Below are positions 1 to 13,120 of a DNA stretch of 64,000 nucleotides, piece by piece. A program made the position numbers and the translations under genes. The notes beneath the pieces are model-generated. The model was not told where the DNA came from, made no database searches, and saw only the letters and a program-made list of their open reading frames with translations. Positions within the stretch are counted from its first letter, which is position 1, and each line of letters opens with the position of its first letter. The stretch is from Octopus sinensis (Eukaryota), in contig NC_042997.1 of NCBI RefSeq assembly GCF_006345805.1, positions 38,130,001 to 38,194,000 on the forward strand, given 5' to 3'.

Positions 1-574
1 TCTTTATTCCTTTATACTGAAAAGTTTATATAACATTTTACATTATGTTTTAATTTGCATGTGGCTTCTACATACATACTCGAGAGAGACATCTTAGTAG
101 ATACAAGCAATGTATCGCATATATTTATCAGACTTGTCAGAAATTATTGTGGTCATATGATGTAGTGACGTGACAGTTATTTTGAATATAATTGCTTAAT
201 GAGCGATTCTCTATATGTTCACTTGCTTGAGATAGAATGCAAATCTCCCTCAACTACATGTTGCTGGTCAAGAGACGAAGGAAACATAATATAGTTAAAC
301 AAACTGAATGCACACAGCTGAACTACGTGGTTATAGGTTGGTTTGATTAGTGTTAACCTGAGGAGAGATAACTATTATTTCACATTACAGAACAAGTATA
401 ATCAATTTCTTATTGTCACAAACTAATATCGCTTAAAGGATAATTAATTCAGAGAATATTCGCGATGTAATGTTAATTTATTGTATATTAATTAACTTAG
501 AATATAACATATGTCCAAGAAAGGCTGTATGATGGTTTCAGGTTTTGGCAGAGCCAAAACGTTTAGAGGAACGC

Positions 575-760
575 GATAGGGGATTACATCGACCCCAAAA
601 CTCAAACTATTTTAACAATTATAGAAGAAAGGGATAACTTAATTTATCGACTCCGACAATTTTAACGGCTAAGTCATCCTCGGCGAAATTTGAATTCAGA
701 ACATAATTTGTCGGAACAAATACCGTTAGATATTTTGTCTGTCACTCTAGCGACTCTGTA
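575..760 (-). mobile_element. Degenerate tRNA-derived SINE (family M, as at 2027-2259), with an internal insertion
   Basis: Diverged matches to family motifs gattacatcgacccc, aatttatcgac and ctcggcgaaatttgaattcagaac. Confidence 0.5.
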
Positions 761-1556
761 TATATGGACACTATAGTAGCGAGATTTGAATTAACCTAAA
801 CTTCTAATAGCTATCATTTCTTCAGTAGTTACAAGACCAGTCTGGGGATAGAGAGTGTATAATGAATTAAATTTACAGCAGTTTCTAAATGACACTTATT
901 TACTCTAAAGATATATAACGTTAGAAACCTGCTCGTTGGAATTAATATTGAATTATACAAATGTAATTAAAAACAACACATGCAGCACAAAACTTCTAAA
1001 TTTAGTGTTCGTTAAACTTCTATGCAAAACTTATAAATTTTTCAATCAAGTATTAGCTATTTTATTGGATACACTTGTTGATCATATCTAAATGAAAAAT
1101 ATTTGAACAGTCATTTCACACGTTAGAATTTCATTTGAAAATTAATAGCTAAAGATGCATCCGTTCTTATTTGTATGAGAAAACTATAAATACTAAATAA
1201 ATTTCTTGTGTACAATAGATCAAAGAGATCTTTTCCAATGTGATTACGTAACATACATTTTCAAAATATAATTTATTTGTTTTTTTATCACTACAAGTGT
1301 CAACCGAAAGCCGTTGCAAAGCCATTCATGTAATATTCATGCCACCTTAAATAACAATTTAGAGAAACATGAAAAGAAATAATAATTGTCTCAAACATTC
1401 TTACAAGGTTCTTACAACATGTAAAATCTTATGCAACAATCATTTAATTTTCCTCTGTATTCTGTTTGGTTACAAGTATATACACATAAACGTATGTGTT
1501 TGCTTAAGCAGACATTTTCACCTCACTTTCACACTCTCTCACTCTCACTCACGAGA

Positions 1557-1611
<55 letters not shown>

Positions 1612-1844
1612 TATAATGGTATGTATACATATGCAGCAATAAGTAAATAGGATTGTACAAATTGGATTTAAAATTATGAACATTGAAACCTATAAAACAA
1701 CTCGGATAGGAATATATGGAATTATGGGGTTACATATATCAGTGTTTGTGCATATAAATATGTAATTTACTTACAATGTTTCGTTTTAAAATGAGCGTGG
1801 GCTTGCGCGCGCGTCTTTGTGTGTATGTATGCATGCAGGGTACT

Positions 1845-2390
1845 TTAAACAAGTGTCTTCTATGGCCGCGTGGCTACAAAACCTGTGACAAGGATTTGAT
1901 ACACAGAAACTGAAATCGGAGTGTGTGTGTCGTTGTGTGAGTGGGTGTGTCTGTGGTTGTATGTGTGAGTGTGCGTGTGTGTGTGCATGCGTGTATGTGT
2001 GTGTGTATCGGTATTCGTCTCTTTAGAAGGCGGCGAGCTGGCAGAAACGTTAGCACGCCGGACGAAATGCGTTGCCGTATTTCGTCTGTCGTTACGCTGT
2101 GAGTTCAAATTCCGCCGAGGTTGACTTTGCCTTTCATCCTTTCGGGGTCGATAAATTAATTGCCAGTTACGCACTGGGGTCTATGGAATCGACTTAATAC
2201 CTATGTCTGTCCTTGTTTGTCCCATCTATGTTTAGCCCTTTGTGGGTAATAAAGAAATAGGTATTCGTCTCTTCTTGACAACTGGTGTTACCTTTTTACG
2301 CTCTAACTGCTTAGCGGTTCGGTAAAATAGGCCGATATAATAAATACCAGATGGATATTAAGATTGGCCTCACGTTTTCTGTCGATGACC
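1845..2390 (+). mobile_element. Degenerate bipartite SINE (family C) split by a younger family M SINE
   Basis: 5' half caagtgtcttctatggcc...gaaactgaa (about 1850-1915) and 3' half ttgacaac...cttagcggttcgg (about 2275-2330) match the intact copy at 23065-23478. Confidence 0.5.
2027..2259 (+). mobile_element. tRNA-derived SINE, family M, full length, with 14-bp target-site duplication
   Basis: Pol III A-box-like ggcgagctggcagaa and B-box gagttcaaattcc. Central gcctttcatcctttcggggtcgataaa resembles the Meta/MESC SINE domain (recall). TSD ggtattcgtctctt at 2010-2023 and 2260-2273. Confidence 0.9.
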
Positions 2391-3013
2391 TTAAGATATA
2401 ATCGCACTGTCAGGATAAGTGTTCATATTAGTCAAATAAGAAAGATTGTCGATTAGTAGGAATATGGACATCATTGATTTGTTTATTTCCCCTGTCTCCA
2501 GTGATGATCGTTACAAAGATTTCATACCATATTGCATGTGTTGTTTCTCTGAGTAAAATAAGAGTGACAAGGAAATATTTCAACAAACTTCGGAAGGTAC
2601 GAAAATGATAACTGCCATACATACATATATGTACGTATGTATATATGTACGTATACGTATATATATTATATATATATATATTATACATACATACATATAT
2701 ATATATATATTATATATATATATATATATAATTATATATATAAAAATTTTGCAATTAAGGACAACTACTTAATAAGGAAAACTTAACAAAATTGTCAGGT
2801 AGATAGCGTAAAAACCTCATAAGAGAAAAAATTTCGAAAATAATTATTTCTTATTGAACATATTAATTTATATATAGAGGGCATAATTATACATACATGC
2901 CAGGAGGCATTATATATACTTGCCAAACGCTAAGAGGGACAATCAGTCATTTCTACCAAAAATATTACTAATCCCACCGAATGCAATTTTTCAAAGTAGA
3001 CATTTAAAAATAT

Positions 3014-3060
3014 AGGCCTGTATCACAGTGATTTCATACTTACGTAATCATCACAGGCCT
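3014..3060 (-). ncRNA. Hammerhead ribozyme copy with a 1-nt deletion in the core (C3 missing)
   Basis: Reverse complement reads aggcctg-TGATGA-ttacgtaagtat-GAAA-tcactgtga-TA-caggcct. The deletion may be a sequencing error. Confidence 0.55.
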
Positions 3061-3492
3061 GAATGTATTATAAATAAACAACGACCCTGCCTCGCTTAAG
3101 CCGAACAGCTAACTGATCAACATCACGAAGCACATGGGTGAGTTTATATATATTACATCCGGGTGAATGGCAAACTTTTACAAAATTGCATTTCGGGAGA
3201 GGAAAAGTTTTTTCGGAATAAAAATTTTGCAATTAAGGACAACTACTTAATAAGGAAAACTTAACAAGAAATTGTCAGGTAGATAGCGTAAAAACCTCAT
3301 AAGAGAAAAAATTTCGAAAATAATTATTTCTTATTGAACATATTAATTTATATATAGAGGGCATAATTATACATACATGCCAGGAGGCATTATATATACT
3401 TGCCAACGCTAAGAGGGACAATCAGTCATTTCTACCAAAAATATTACTAATCCCACGAATGCAATTTTTCAAAGTAAGACATTTAAAAATAT

Positions 3493-3540
3493 AGGCCTGT
3501 ATCACAGTGATTTCATACTTACGTAATCATCAGCAGGCCT
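3493..3540 (-). ncRNA. Type I hammerhead ribozyme (array A, inverted arm)
   Basis: Reverse complement reads aggcctg-CTGATGA-t-tac-gtaa-gta-t-GAAA-tcac-t-gtga-TA-caggcct. Confidence 0.85.
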
Positions 3541-3998
3541 GAATGTATTATAATAAACAACGACCCTGCCTCGCTTAAGCCCCCAGCCGAACAGCTAACT
3601 GATCAACATCAACGAAGCACATTGGTAGAAATGACTGATTGTCCCTCTTAGCGTTTGGCAAGTATATAATGCCTCCTGGCATGTATGTATAATTATGCCC
3701 TCTATATATAAATTAATATGTTCAATAAGAAATAATTATTTTCGAATTTTTTCTCTTATGAGGTTTTTACGCTATCTACCTGACAATTTCTTGTTAAGTT
3801 TTCCTTATTAAGTAGTTGTCCTTAATTGCAAAATTTTTATTCCGAAAAAACTTTTCCTCTCCCGAAATGCAATTTTGTAAAAGTTTGCCATTCACCCGGA
3901 TGTAATATATATAAACTCACCCATGTGCTTCGTTGATGTTGATCAGTTAGCTGTTCGGCTTAAGCGAGGCAGGGTCGTTGTTTATTTATAATACATTC

Positions 3999-4046
3999 AG
4001 GCCTGCTGATGATTACGTAAGTATGAAATCACTGTGATACAGGCCT
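3999..4046 (+). ncRNA. Type I hammerhead ribozyme (array A)
   Basis: Stem I aggcctg/caggcct (7 bp), core CTGATGA 4006-4012, stem II tac/gta with GUAA loop, GAAA 4025-4028, near-palindromic stem III atcac-t-gtgat, AUA triplet with predicted cut after 4039. Confidence 0.88.
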
Positions 4047-4476
4047 ATATTTTTAAATGTCTTACTTTGAAAAATTGCATTCGGTGGGATTAGTAATATT
4101 TTTGGTAGAAATGACTGATTGTCCCTCTTAGCGTTTGGCAAGTATATAATGCCTCCTGGCATGTATGTATAATTATGCCCTCTATATATAAATTAATATG
4201 TTCAATAAGAATAATTATTTTCGAAATTTTTTCTCTTATGAGGTTTTTACGCTATCTACCTGACAATTTCTTGTTAAGTTTTCCTTATTAAGTAGTTGTC
4301 CTTAATTGCAAAATTTTTATTCCGAAAAAACTTTTCCTCTCCCGAAATGCAATTTTGTAAAAGTTTGCCATTCACCCGGATGTAATATATAAACTCACCC
4401 ATGTGCTTCGTTGATGTTGATCAGTTAGCTGTTCGGCTTAAGCGAGGCAGGGTCGTTGTTTATTTATAATACATTC

Positions 4477-4524
4477 AGGCCTGCTGATGATTACGTAAGT
4501 ATGAAATCACTGTGATACAGGCCT
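4477..4524 (+). ncRNA. Type I hammerhead ribozyme (array A)
   Basis: Identical to 3999-4046, predicted cut after 4517. Confidence 0.88.
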
Positions 4525-4668
4525 ATATTTTTAAATGTCTTACTTTGAAAAATTGCATTCGGTGGATTAGTAATATTTTTGGTAGAAATGACTGATTGTC
4601 CCTCTTAGCGTTTGGCAAGTATATATAATGCCTCCTGGCATGTATGTATAATTATGCCCTCTATATAT

Positions 4669-4694
4669 AATATATATATATATTATATATATAT

Positions 4695-4743
<49 letters not shown>

Positions 4744-4882
4744 ATATATATATATATGTATATATATATAATATATTATATTATATATATATATAATATG
4801 TATATATATATATATGTATATATATATAATGTATATATATTATATATATGTATATATATATATGTATATATATATATATGTA

Positions 4883-4931
<49 letters not shown>

Positions 4932-4944
4932 CATACATACATAT

Positions 4945-4976
<32 letters not shown>

Positions 4977-5003
4977 ATATATATATATACATACATACAT
5001 ATA

Positions 5004-5037
<34 letters not shown>

Positions 5038-5048
5038 GTATATATATG

Positions 5049-5082
<34 letters not shown>

Positions 5083-5092
5083 ATATATAATG

Positions 5093-5125
<33 letters not shown>

Positions 5126-5159
5126 GTATATATATATGTATATATTATATATATATGTA

Positions 5160-5207
<48 letters not shown>

Positions 5208-5221
5208 TATGTATATATATT

Positions 5222-5304
<83 letters not shown>

Positions 5305-5332
5305 TATATATGTATATATATATATATGTATA
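4669..5332. repeat. Long imperfect (TA)n microsatellite
   Basis: About 660 bp of TA with scattered G/C interruptions. Confidence 0.95.
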
Positions 5333-5333
5333 A

Positions 5334-5411
5334 TTTGATACTTTGATAGGTTTCCGCCATTATTGGCCCAGGCCATGTCTAACTTAATAGCACCACCTGG
5401 TGAAGTCTTTC
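5334..5411 (-). mobile_element. 3' end fragment of the CR1-like LINE family seen at 16.2-17.6 kb
   Basis: Reverse complement gacttcaccaggtggtgctattaagttagacatggcctgggc...ctatcaaagtatcaaa matches 17521-17602. Confidence 0.8.
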
Positions 5412-5469
5412 AAGTCAGAATTTGGGCACTATGGCCCACTCAAGTAGAGAGTTATTGTTTACGGAGACA

Positions 5470-5538
<69 letters not shown>

Positions 5539-5700
5539 TATATATATATATATATATATACATATATATGTATATATTATATATATATATATATGTATAT
5601 ATATATAATGTATATATTGATAAAACGGTAAGATAACAAAAGAAAGAAAGAGACCTCAATATTATGTAAATAGAGGAAACATATATATTATATATACATA

Positions 5701-6900
5701 TGCTACTCTCTGATCATTCTCTTCTCCGTAGTAAGGCTGAAAGACACAAGACTACAAAAGTCATCAGTGCTTAATGTTCTGCCTTTGAAAACCGTTGAAA
5801 TGCAGGCCGAGTCCTCTATCAAGTTGGACACCGCACTCAAAACCATTGATATCAATGATGACATAGAATCATCTTGGAAGGCTCTGTGTGATGCAAAGTA
5901 GAGATTCTTGAATGGGTTCAACAATTGGTAGATAACTTACATAGCACTCACAAAACATGGATAAATGATAATAGCTCATCCAGAAAAGAGAATGCCTGCA
6001 AGAAATGCAGTGGTCAGGCCCAGAAAAGCTCTGAAACATATGAAGGCGGCTTGGTCTCTATTAAGGATACTGAATTCCAAGAAGCTGCAGACTGAAGGAA
6101 TTCTAAAGTATTTTATGGTGGCCTCAGTAAAGTGTACGGTCCTCAAGAGCACAGTGTTACCCCTATTGTTTCATCGAATAAAGACCCTGCTGACAGACAA
6201 ATCTGATATCAAATCTGAAGCTATGGAAAAATCACTTCGAAACCGTGTTGAACTCCACCTCATGCTTTTGATGACATACAAAGTTTCGAACAAGTAGTGG
6301 ACTATTTAATCATCACCGTTTCAAAGCTAGAATGCTGCTACGCACCAGTATCATTTGGCAGGTGATGCTGTATTAGTAGCGACCTCCTTAGAGGCAGCTC
6401 ACGAACTTCTAGGCCGGTTTTCTGCTGCACATATAGCACTTGGTTTAACTATCAGCATAAAAAAGACGGAAGGGATCCACCAACCTTGCCCTACTCCTAA
6501 ACAAATTCGATGTGCCAAGCAGAGGCCACCGGTTCACAGTTTTCCTCACACTCCTATACAGATTGATTGGAAAAGCCTAAATTAGGTGAAGTCATTTAGA
6601 TATCTTGGTAGTAAATAAATTTGAGCGCTTCCCCTGGTGATGAAATCGTCAACCATCTTGCAAAGGCAACCAACGGATTTGGTAAACTCCGTCACCGCCT
6701 ATGGAATGAAAGGGGCATCAAACATGACACCAAAGTACACGTCTATAAATCAGCCATTCTTACTCTTGTATGGCTCATCGTGGATAACCTATAGATGGCA
6801 CTTTAACCAACTAGACATCTTCCACAAAGTGCCTGACAACAATCAGCAGTTATTGATCGTCGGCCCTATCAAAATCAATCTTCTGATTAATCAAAATTGA
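5701..6900 (+). mobile_element. Decayed RTE-clade LINE ORF fragments
   Basis: Frame-broken peptides typical of RTE reverse transcriptase: DAVLVATS..AAHELLGRFSAAHIALGLTISIKKTE, KSFRYLGS, LAKATNGFGKLRHRLWNERGI, LLYGS.SW. Confidence 0.8.
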
Positions 6901-6933
6901 TCAGAGACCCACTCACGTCAGGTTCCTTAGCTA

Positions 6934-6965
<32 letters not shown>

Positions 6966-6989
6966 GTGTCTGTCTCTCTCTCTCTATGA

Positions 6990-8430
6990 TGTAACGCGTC
7001 ATTTGGAGGTTGTTGTAGATAGATCTATTTGGGATAGAGCATGGCTGCGCATCACCAACTAGTTTATCGACGACAAGTGCCTCAGACTCTTGGCTAACCC
7101 ATTGGCAAAAACCTTGTAATCTGCGCTCAGCAGAGTTACGGGCGAAAATTTGCTTGATTGGTCCCACTTTATCGGGTCCTTTCTCAACAATACCACCACA
7201 TCATGGCTCACAGCACTAGGATTTCTCCCGTTATTCTGCCAGTTGTGATGCACACCACCTTCCATGTCTAGCATACGAAAATAAAACCCAATGGGCAAGC
7301 TTCCTGTTCCAAAGACTTTTCCTTTTTTCAACTGGTCATCGCGCCCCGTATGTCTTCAGCTGTTATCGGCATATCACAGAACTCAACATCTCTACCGAAA
7401 AGTGCTGCAGGCCTTAAGGTAGGAGGGGAAAACCTCACTCATCTCTGACTCAACGTGTGCTACGTACATTTCGGCAAACTGTTGCTGACATTCTGCACAC
7501 ATCTGCTTGGATTCGGGTAGCACGCCCGTTAAAGACCAAATTGTAGCTTTGTAATCATGTTGCATTTCTTCTGCCACCAGGTCCCACCGAACGGCCTTAA
7601 TTTCCTCCTGTAGATATGCCCTAGCTCTTACAACACAACCTTGGTATTTGGTATTGAAGAATTGATCAAAAGCCAATCTCGCCAAGAGCACATCGGTCGA
7701 TGTACCTCTTCTTAGAGTCTCTTCTAGCTTCTTAACTAGGTTCCCACTATTCTTCATTCCTCTGAAGCTATTTCTTAACTAAACCCTTACATATCTACTC
7801 TAATAGCTCTTTTCAAGAGATCCATCTGCGGCTGTCGACGATTGCCCCCAACAACCTCCGATGGACTAACATGCTAACCAGGTCTATAAATGCTTGACGC
7901 GCTGAGAAAGAAGCGTTCAGCTTCCCTTATTCGATGCCCTACATGGAGGCGCTTACAGATCCCAAATTGTACTCTGTGTAGCAAACGAGTTTGACTCGTG
8001 CATAACTAACACTACTTCTATCTACCGGCCTACAAATTACTCTATCTCGATACCATCTAGAAGACGCGATGCTATTTGACAGTGTCCGTATTGGTGGATT
8101 CGGAAAATCTTGTCAGTACCTGTCAGCCGGTTAGAAGCGTCTGGAAAATTTTGTAATGCTTTTACACCAGCTCTGCTATTAGCTAGCCCATACCCATTTC
8201 ATCCAAATAGGCATCCAAGATAGCGTTACAATCGCCCCCCTAGCACTAAATAGAAAGAAGACCCAAGGGAAATCTTCAAACGTCTAAAGAAATCTGACTT
8301 CTTCAGCCCAGAACAATGTGGGCAATGAAGAAAGTAACCGTGATCCTAGTAAAGCATTAACACCCAGGTTTGAGAAATTTCTTGGAGAAATTGGGATTGG
8401 CGTAATGGCAGAACATGCTCTCAAAACTGC
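6990..8430 (-). mobile_element. Decayed L1/Tx1-like LINE fragment (upstream limit uncertain)
   Basis: FSPVTLLSADYKVFANGLAKSL matches the L1/Tx1 RT motif RPITLLNxDYKIxAKxLAxRL. The upstream linker-like ORF 7392-7757 contains YQGCVVRARA. Confidence 0.65.
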
Positions 8431-8592
8431 TTTATGGAGGACAGGGAAGATTTTGAAACTGATACTTGGATGTTGAGTGAGGTGGAATAATATCCTGGGA
8501 GACCCTTGACATCAGGCTGTTTTCCACACTTACAGAATTAACCGAAGGAAGTATAATCGAGAGCTCTAAGAAGTGAAACATACAAACTGCCA

Positions 8593-8631
<39 letters not shown>

Positions 8632-9164
8632 AAACAATGATGACGCGAATGCTAATAATATTTTCCATATTTTCTGCCTTTGTACCAGCGACTTAGATTC
8701 GATTCTCTTGTTTTGAGGAATATTGCATCAGGCCGTAAGTGAACAATGACAGTTCGCTTTTATAGATTAGGACCCTGCATTGAAACTAAATTAGTTTATT
8801 AATGTATAAGCCTACGTGGGTGCTTCATAGATAATTCACTTCGCAATTACGAAATCATAGAATCAATCACGCTGAATATAGAACAGTACTTTTGTGAAGT
8901 TTCCCTAGTGTTAGCAATTCTTAGTTGCTGAAAAATATTTTCTAGCTCTGAAGAGAAGTTATTATGACTAGGACGCACTCCTAGCTATGTTATAGATCTG
9001 CTTTCACCAGGAGAGACCTCAGTCACCTCACTTTTCTATCGATGGTCGGGAGTGAGTCAATTTGTTGCTCCTATGCCCATGAAGACTCCAATTGTATATT
9101 TCCGGAGCTCTTCAGCGAATAAGAAACAACTCATAAAGGAAACACGTTCTTATATCTTTTATCT

Positions 9165-9500
9165 TTTACCTTATATTTGTTTCAGTCATTAGATTGCGAC
9201 CGAATCAACTCCAGGACTTCTTTTTTTTAAACCTTGTACTTATTTTCTGAACTGCTCTGTTTTCCTGAACCGTTAAATTACAGGGACATAAACACACCAA
9301 CGCCGATTGTCAAGTGGTGGTGTTGGAGACAAACATACACACACACACACACACATACACACATACACACATACGACGAGTTTCTGTCTACCAAATTCGC
9401 CGACGAACTGAGGAAATAGAAAAAATTTGACCAAGGTGTTGTGCATGGAGTTTGAACCTGAAAGCGCGTGATTGTAAATTAAGCTTTTTAACCACACAGA
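9165..9500 (-). mobile_element. Degenerate family C SINE
   Basis: Tail ttgtttcagtcatt, body ggacataaacacacc and ttgtcaag, internal (AC)n, degenerate head ending ttaaccacacag. Confidence 0.6.
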
Positions 9501-10412
9501 GAACTCATGTGTCGCTATAACACTATGAAATCAATAATAGTGTTACTGCAATGGTTTCATTTTCTTAATGGCATTGTGTAAACATATTTTTGGCTAATGA
9601 AATTATCTCTTTGAATTTTGGGGTTTTTGATGCAAGTTCAGGAATGAAAGGAGGAAACAATGCTAAAACGTCTGAATTCAAACCATCTAAAACTTATTTC
9701 ATACAATATTCATCTAGTGTTACATTATCAAATACATCATTATGTGCTTTGGTGGAAATTTGGCTGGCATTTGTAGCAGGTTAATGGAAAGTCGTCATGT
9801 TGATACAGTTGGTGCACCAAGTAGATAGAAACGGTACATTAATTCACAAATACCATTCAGTAATTAGTTTCTGCTAATATATGATCTAAATTCACAAATA
9901 CCATATGATCAACTTTGCTTTTCTCCCTCTGGGGCGATAAAATTAAAACATATAAGAATTTTGTAGAAATGAGCAGAACTGGTCTATTAATATCTCTGAC
10001 CAGTGAGTCTTAACCTTTTTTTATAGGCAAAAATAAATAATTTGCCATAGCAAAGGGAATCAGTCCAGACATTTATTCATAAGCACATGACAGCACTCAA
10101 TCGGTACAAGCTGGACCTCTTTGAGAGACAGCAAGCCTGCCTCGGGGGAAACAGACACCCAAGCCTGTGAGCTGAGGTCAGGCGCCTGTCTCAAGTCAAA
10201 AAGACTTTGTCTGTGGACAGAGCACAGGCAATGGAGAGAGAGGAGTCAAATATGCAGCAGAGTTGAAGCCACTCTGTGCACTCAAGCCCGCAACTCACTC
10301 CAACACCTATAATCCAGCTGCCACCGAATGTATAGGTCAGAAATAATAAGATGAAAACGCAGTGCACAATGCGGTTCAAATGCAAAAGTCAGCTGAGAAA
10401 AATAGCAAAATA

Positions 10413-10619
10413 TTACTCTTTTACTTGTTTCAGTCATTTGACTGCGGCCATGCTGGAGCACCGCCTTTAATCGAGCAACTCGACCCCGGGACTTATACTT
10501 TGTAAGCCCAGTACTTATTCTATCGATCTCTTTTGCCGAACCGCTAAGTAACGGGGACATAAACACACCAGCATCGGTTGTCAAGCAATACTAGGGGGAC
10601 AAACACAGACACACAAACA

Positions 10620-10693
<74 letters not shown>

Positions 10694-10855
10694 GACGGAC
10701 TTATTTCAGTTTCCGTCTACCAAATCCACTCACAAGGCTTTGGTCGGCCCGAGGCTATAGTAGAAGACACTTGCCCAAGGTGCCACGCAGTGGGACTGAA
10801 CCCGGAACCATGTGGTTGGTAAACAAGCTACTTACCACACAGCCACTCCTGAGCC
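10413..10855 (-). mobile_element. tRNA-derived bipartite SINE, family C (CORE-like), near intact
   Basis: Head with A-box tggctgtgtggt and B-box ggttcagtccc, ccttgggcaagtg (CORE-like, from recall), internal (TA)n, (gagtaaaa)n tail. Closely matches 23065-23478 and 36461-36869. Confidence 0.9.
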
Positions 10856-11444
10856 TAGAAGTTATGGAATGGAGAAAATACCAATAAAGCAATAATAAAA
10901 TCATAGATCAACAAAAATCAGATCATATGTGGTTTAACTGAGAATTTGAAGGCCAAAAAATTTGTCATATCGTTGATGAAAGACAAATTAAATAAGAAAA
11001 GTAATATAATAAAAAAGAAAAGTCAGCAGATTTTTGTTCTTTCTTGCTTTCCTGTTCTTCAAATATGTGTTCCATTTGTTCTTCTTCACTGCCCGAAAAA
11101 ATGACATCCAACTCCATATTATATGAATGCCAATAGGCAGATATGAGCACCGAAATTTTCTTTGGGGGGTGGGGTCTTGAGAAGCTTGTTGGGGTCTAGA
11201 GAGGACCCGAAAATTCCTCTGGCGGTCTCCATCACCACCATTGTGGAATAATCCATAATTTTTATGATGGACCTATATAATGAATAAATATTGTAATGTA
11301 ATCCAAATATAAAAATATTATTACTTGGCACTTATGGAGAAATGTTGGGGAGTGGAGTATTTGCAAGCGTTCTTTCAAATATCGATCAGCATCGCAAATG
11401 TCTTAAATTTGCAAAAAATTAATATTAATTTTCCAATAATTATA

Positions 11445-12095
11445 GAAGAGAGCGCAGACCTCCGCCAAGCAGCTCATTTCCGCCCATATACACGCGTGAT
11501 GAAAATCGCCCAATTTCCCAAACCAACGCCGGCAAAAACATAACCTTTTTGGCGGGATGAAACAAAAGTAACACAGCCATATGATGTATTGCTAACACTA
11601 CTTCCTCCTCTGTTGCTGCCTTTAGCAACTCTTGAATACGCTAGTGTCATTTAATTACTGAAGTGTTTCGCTGCCGTTTCTTTATGTGGTTTGATCTCTT
11701 TATGCATCGGTTTGTATAAGATATAAGATATGAGATAGATACGCGAGTGAAATTACTAATAGAGAAAGGGAAATAAAACTTTTCAAACAACAACACCACC
11801 ATATGGTACTTGGAAACCATGTGTTTTCAAGGGAGATAATCAGAGAAGACTTGGAATGACGTAACATCGTAGCACTTCATGTAAAGTAAATATAACAAAT
11901 GAAAATTCCTTCAATAATCCATAAAATATCCCGGATCACTACCAAAATTACATCTGTTACTTGTACTATTACCAACTTTTTCTGCAAGTTTCATTAAATA
12001 CCGTTCACAACTTTTTGAGTCATTCTTCACTCAGAGGGACAGACATACCAACGGCAATGGAAACAGAACCTCCTTCGTTGGCGGAGGTAACAATT
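11445..12095. mobile_element. Non-autonomous DNA element with subterminal inverted repeats and a 3' hairpin (Helentron/HINE- or Crypton-like)
   Basis: acctccgccaa (11458-11468) is the reverse complement of ttggcggaggt (12078-12088). Hairpin acctcc..ggaggt at 12068-12088. Confidence 0.45.
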
Positions 12096-13120
12096 TATTA
12101 TCTTTGCAAGAAAAGAGAGAGGAAAACGAACGAATGTGAAAATCGAAAAGTTGCTGACGTGTCAGTTTCAACCATTCCAAGTTGACGTGAAACGCTTCTG
12201 TCTTGATTGGAAAAGGCTGAGCTGACTACGGTGTGTAGCGGGTCGCTACACGGCTTAAAAAATATTATCACTTGGCACTTATGGAAAAATGTTGGTGGGG
12301 TGGTGTATTTGCATGCATTCTTCCAAATATCGATCAAAATGGCAAATGTCTTGAATTAGTAAAAATATTTTTGTCTTTAAAAAATATGTATTATTATGTT
12401 TGAATGAAATTGCGATTCATTTGCAAAGATCTAAAAAAAATTAATGGAAGAACAAATTTAAATTTCGATTTTTCAGAAATCACCGATTTTTCGCCATTCT
12501 ATAAAAAGTTTTATAAATGAAATAATTTTAAATGCAAATTCTCAAAGAAAAAAATATAATTTCGTAAAAGTACATTTAGAACTATTAAAAGTAAAAATTA
12601 TCTGATATGTAATCCAATATAATTTTTTTTTTAATTTAAAATTTTTTTAATTTGTGCTTAAAAGACATTCCAAAAAAATTTATGGTAGTGTCAGGGTTTC
12701 GGTGTTAGTTTTTATTTATTATAATAATATTAATTATGACCTGCTGCGGGACGGGCCGCAGTAATAACAATGAAAATCGATAGACCTCTCCCGTAATACA
12801 AAAGAGCGTATTAGGTTTTAAGTGGCTGAAAGAAAATCAGAAAATGGCGACGACTCAAAAATGCAAACAAAATTTTAGTTAATGAATTAAAAACAAAATT
12901 TATAAATACAAATTATGTATATTTGGAATCCTTGAAATACAAGGAACATGTTAATATAAGTTTAGTTCTAGTGCAATGGACTGTTACATGAGTTAATTAA
13001 TTCATATAAATAAATAATAGGGCCCGGGCGCACATTGAGCATTTATAGACGAGGACGTCGTTCGGGGCTCTCCATTTTGTTGAGACTCGTACTCAGACCT
13101 GCTCGTCTAATATATATATA

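Larger units (their letters stand above)
2742..4668. mobile_element. Array A: tandem ~478-bp monomers, each with a type I hammerhead ribozyme (retrozyme-like), with an inverted left arm
   Basis: About 1.8 monomers on - (2742-3621) joined to about 2.2 monomers on + (3622-4668). (TA)n on both sides. HHR spacing 3999 to 4477 is 478 bp. Confidence 0.85.

Noticed and set aside
10090-10330. GC-richer island with short ORFs
   Set aside because: No motif, splice pattern or repeat partner identifiable.
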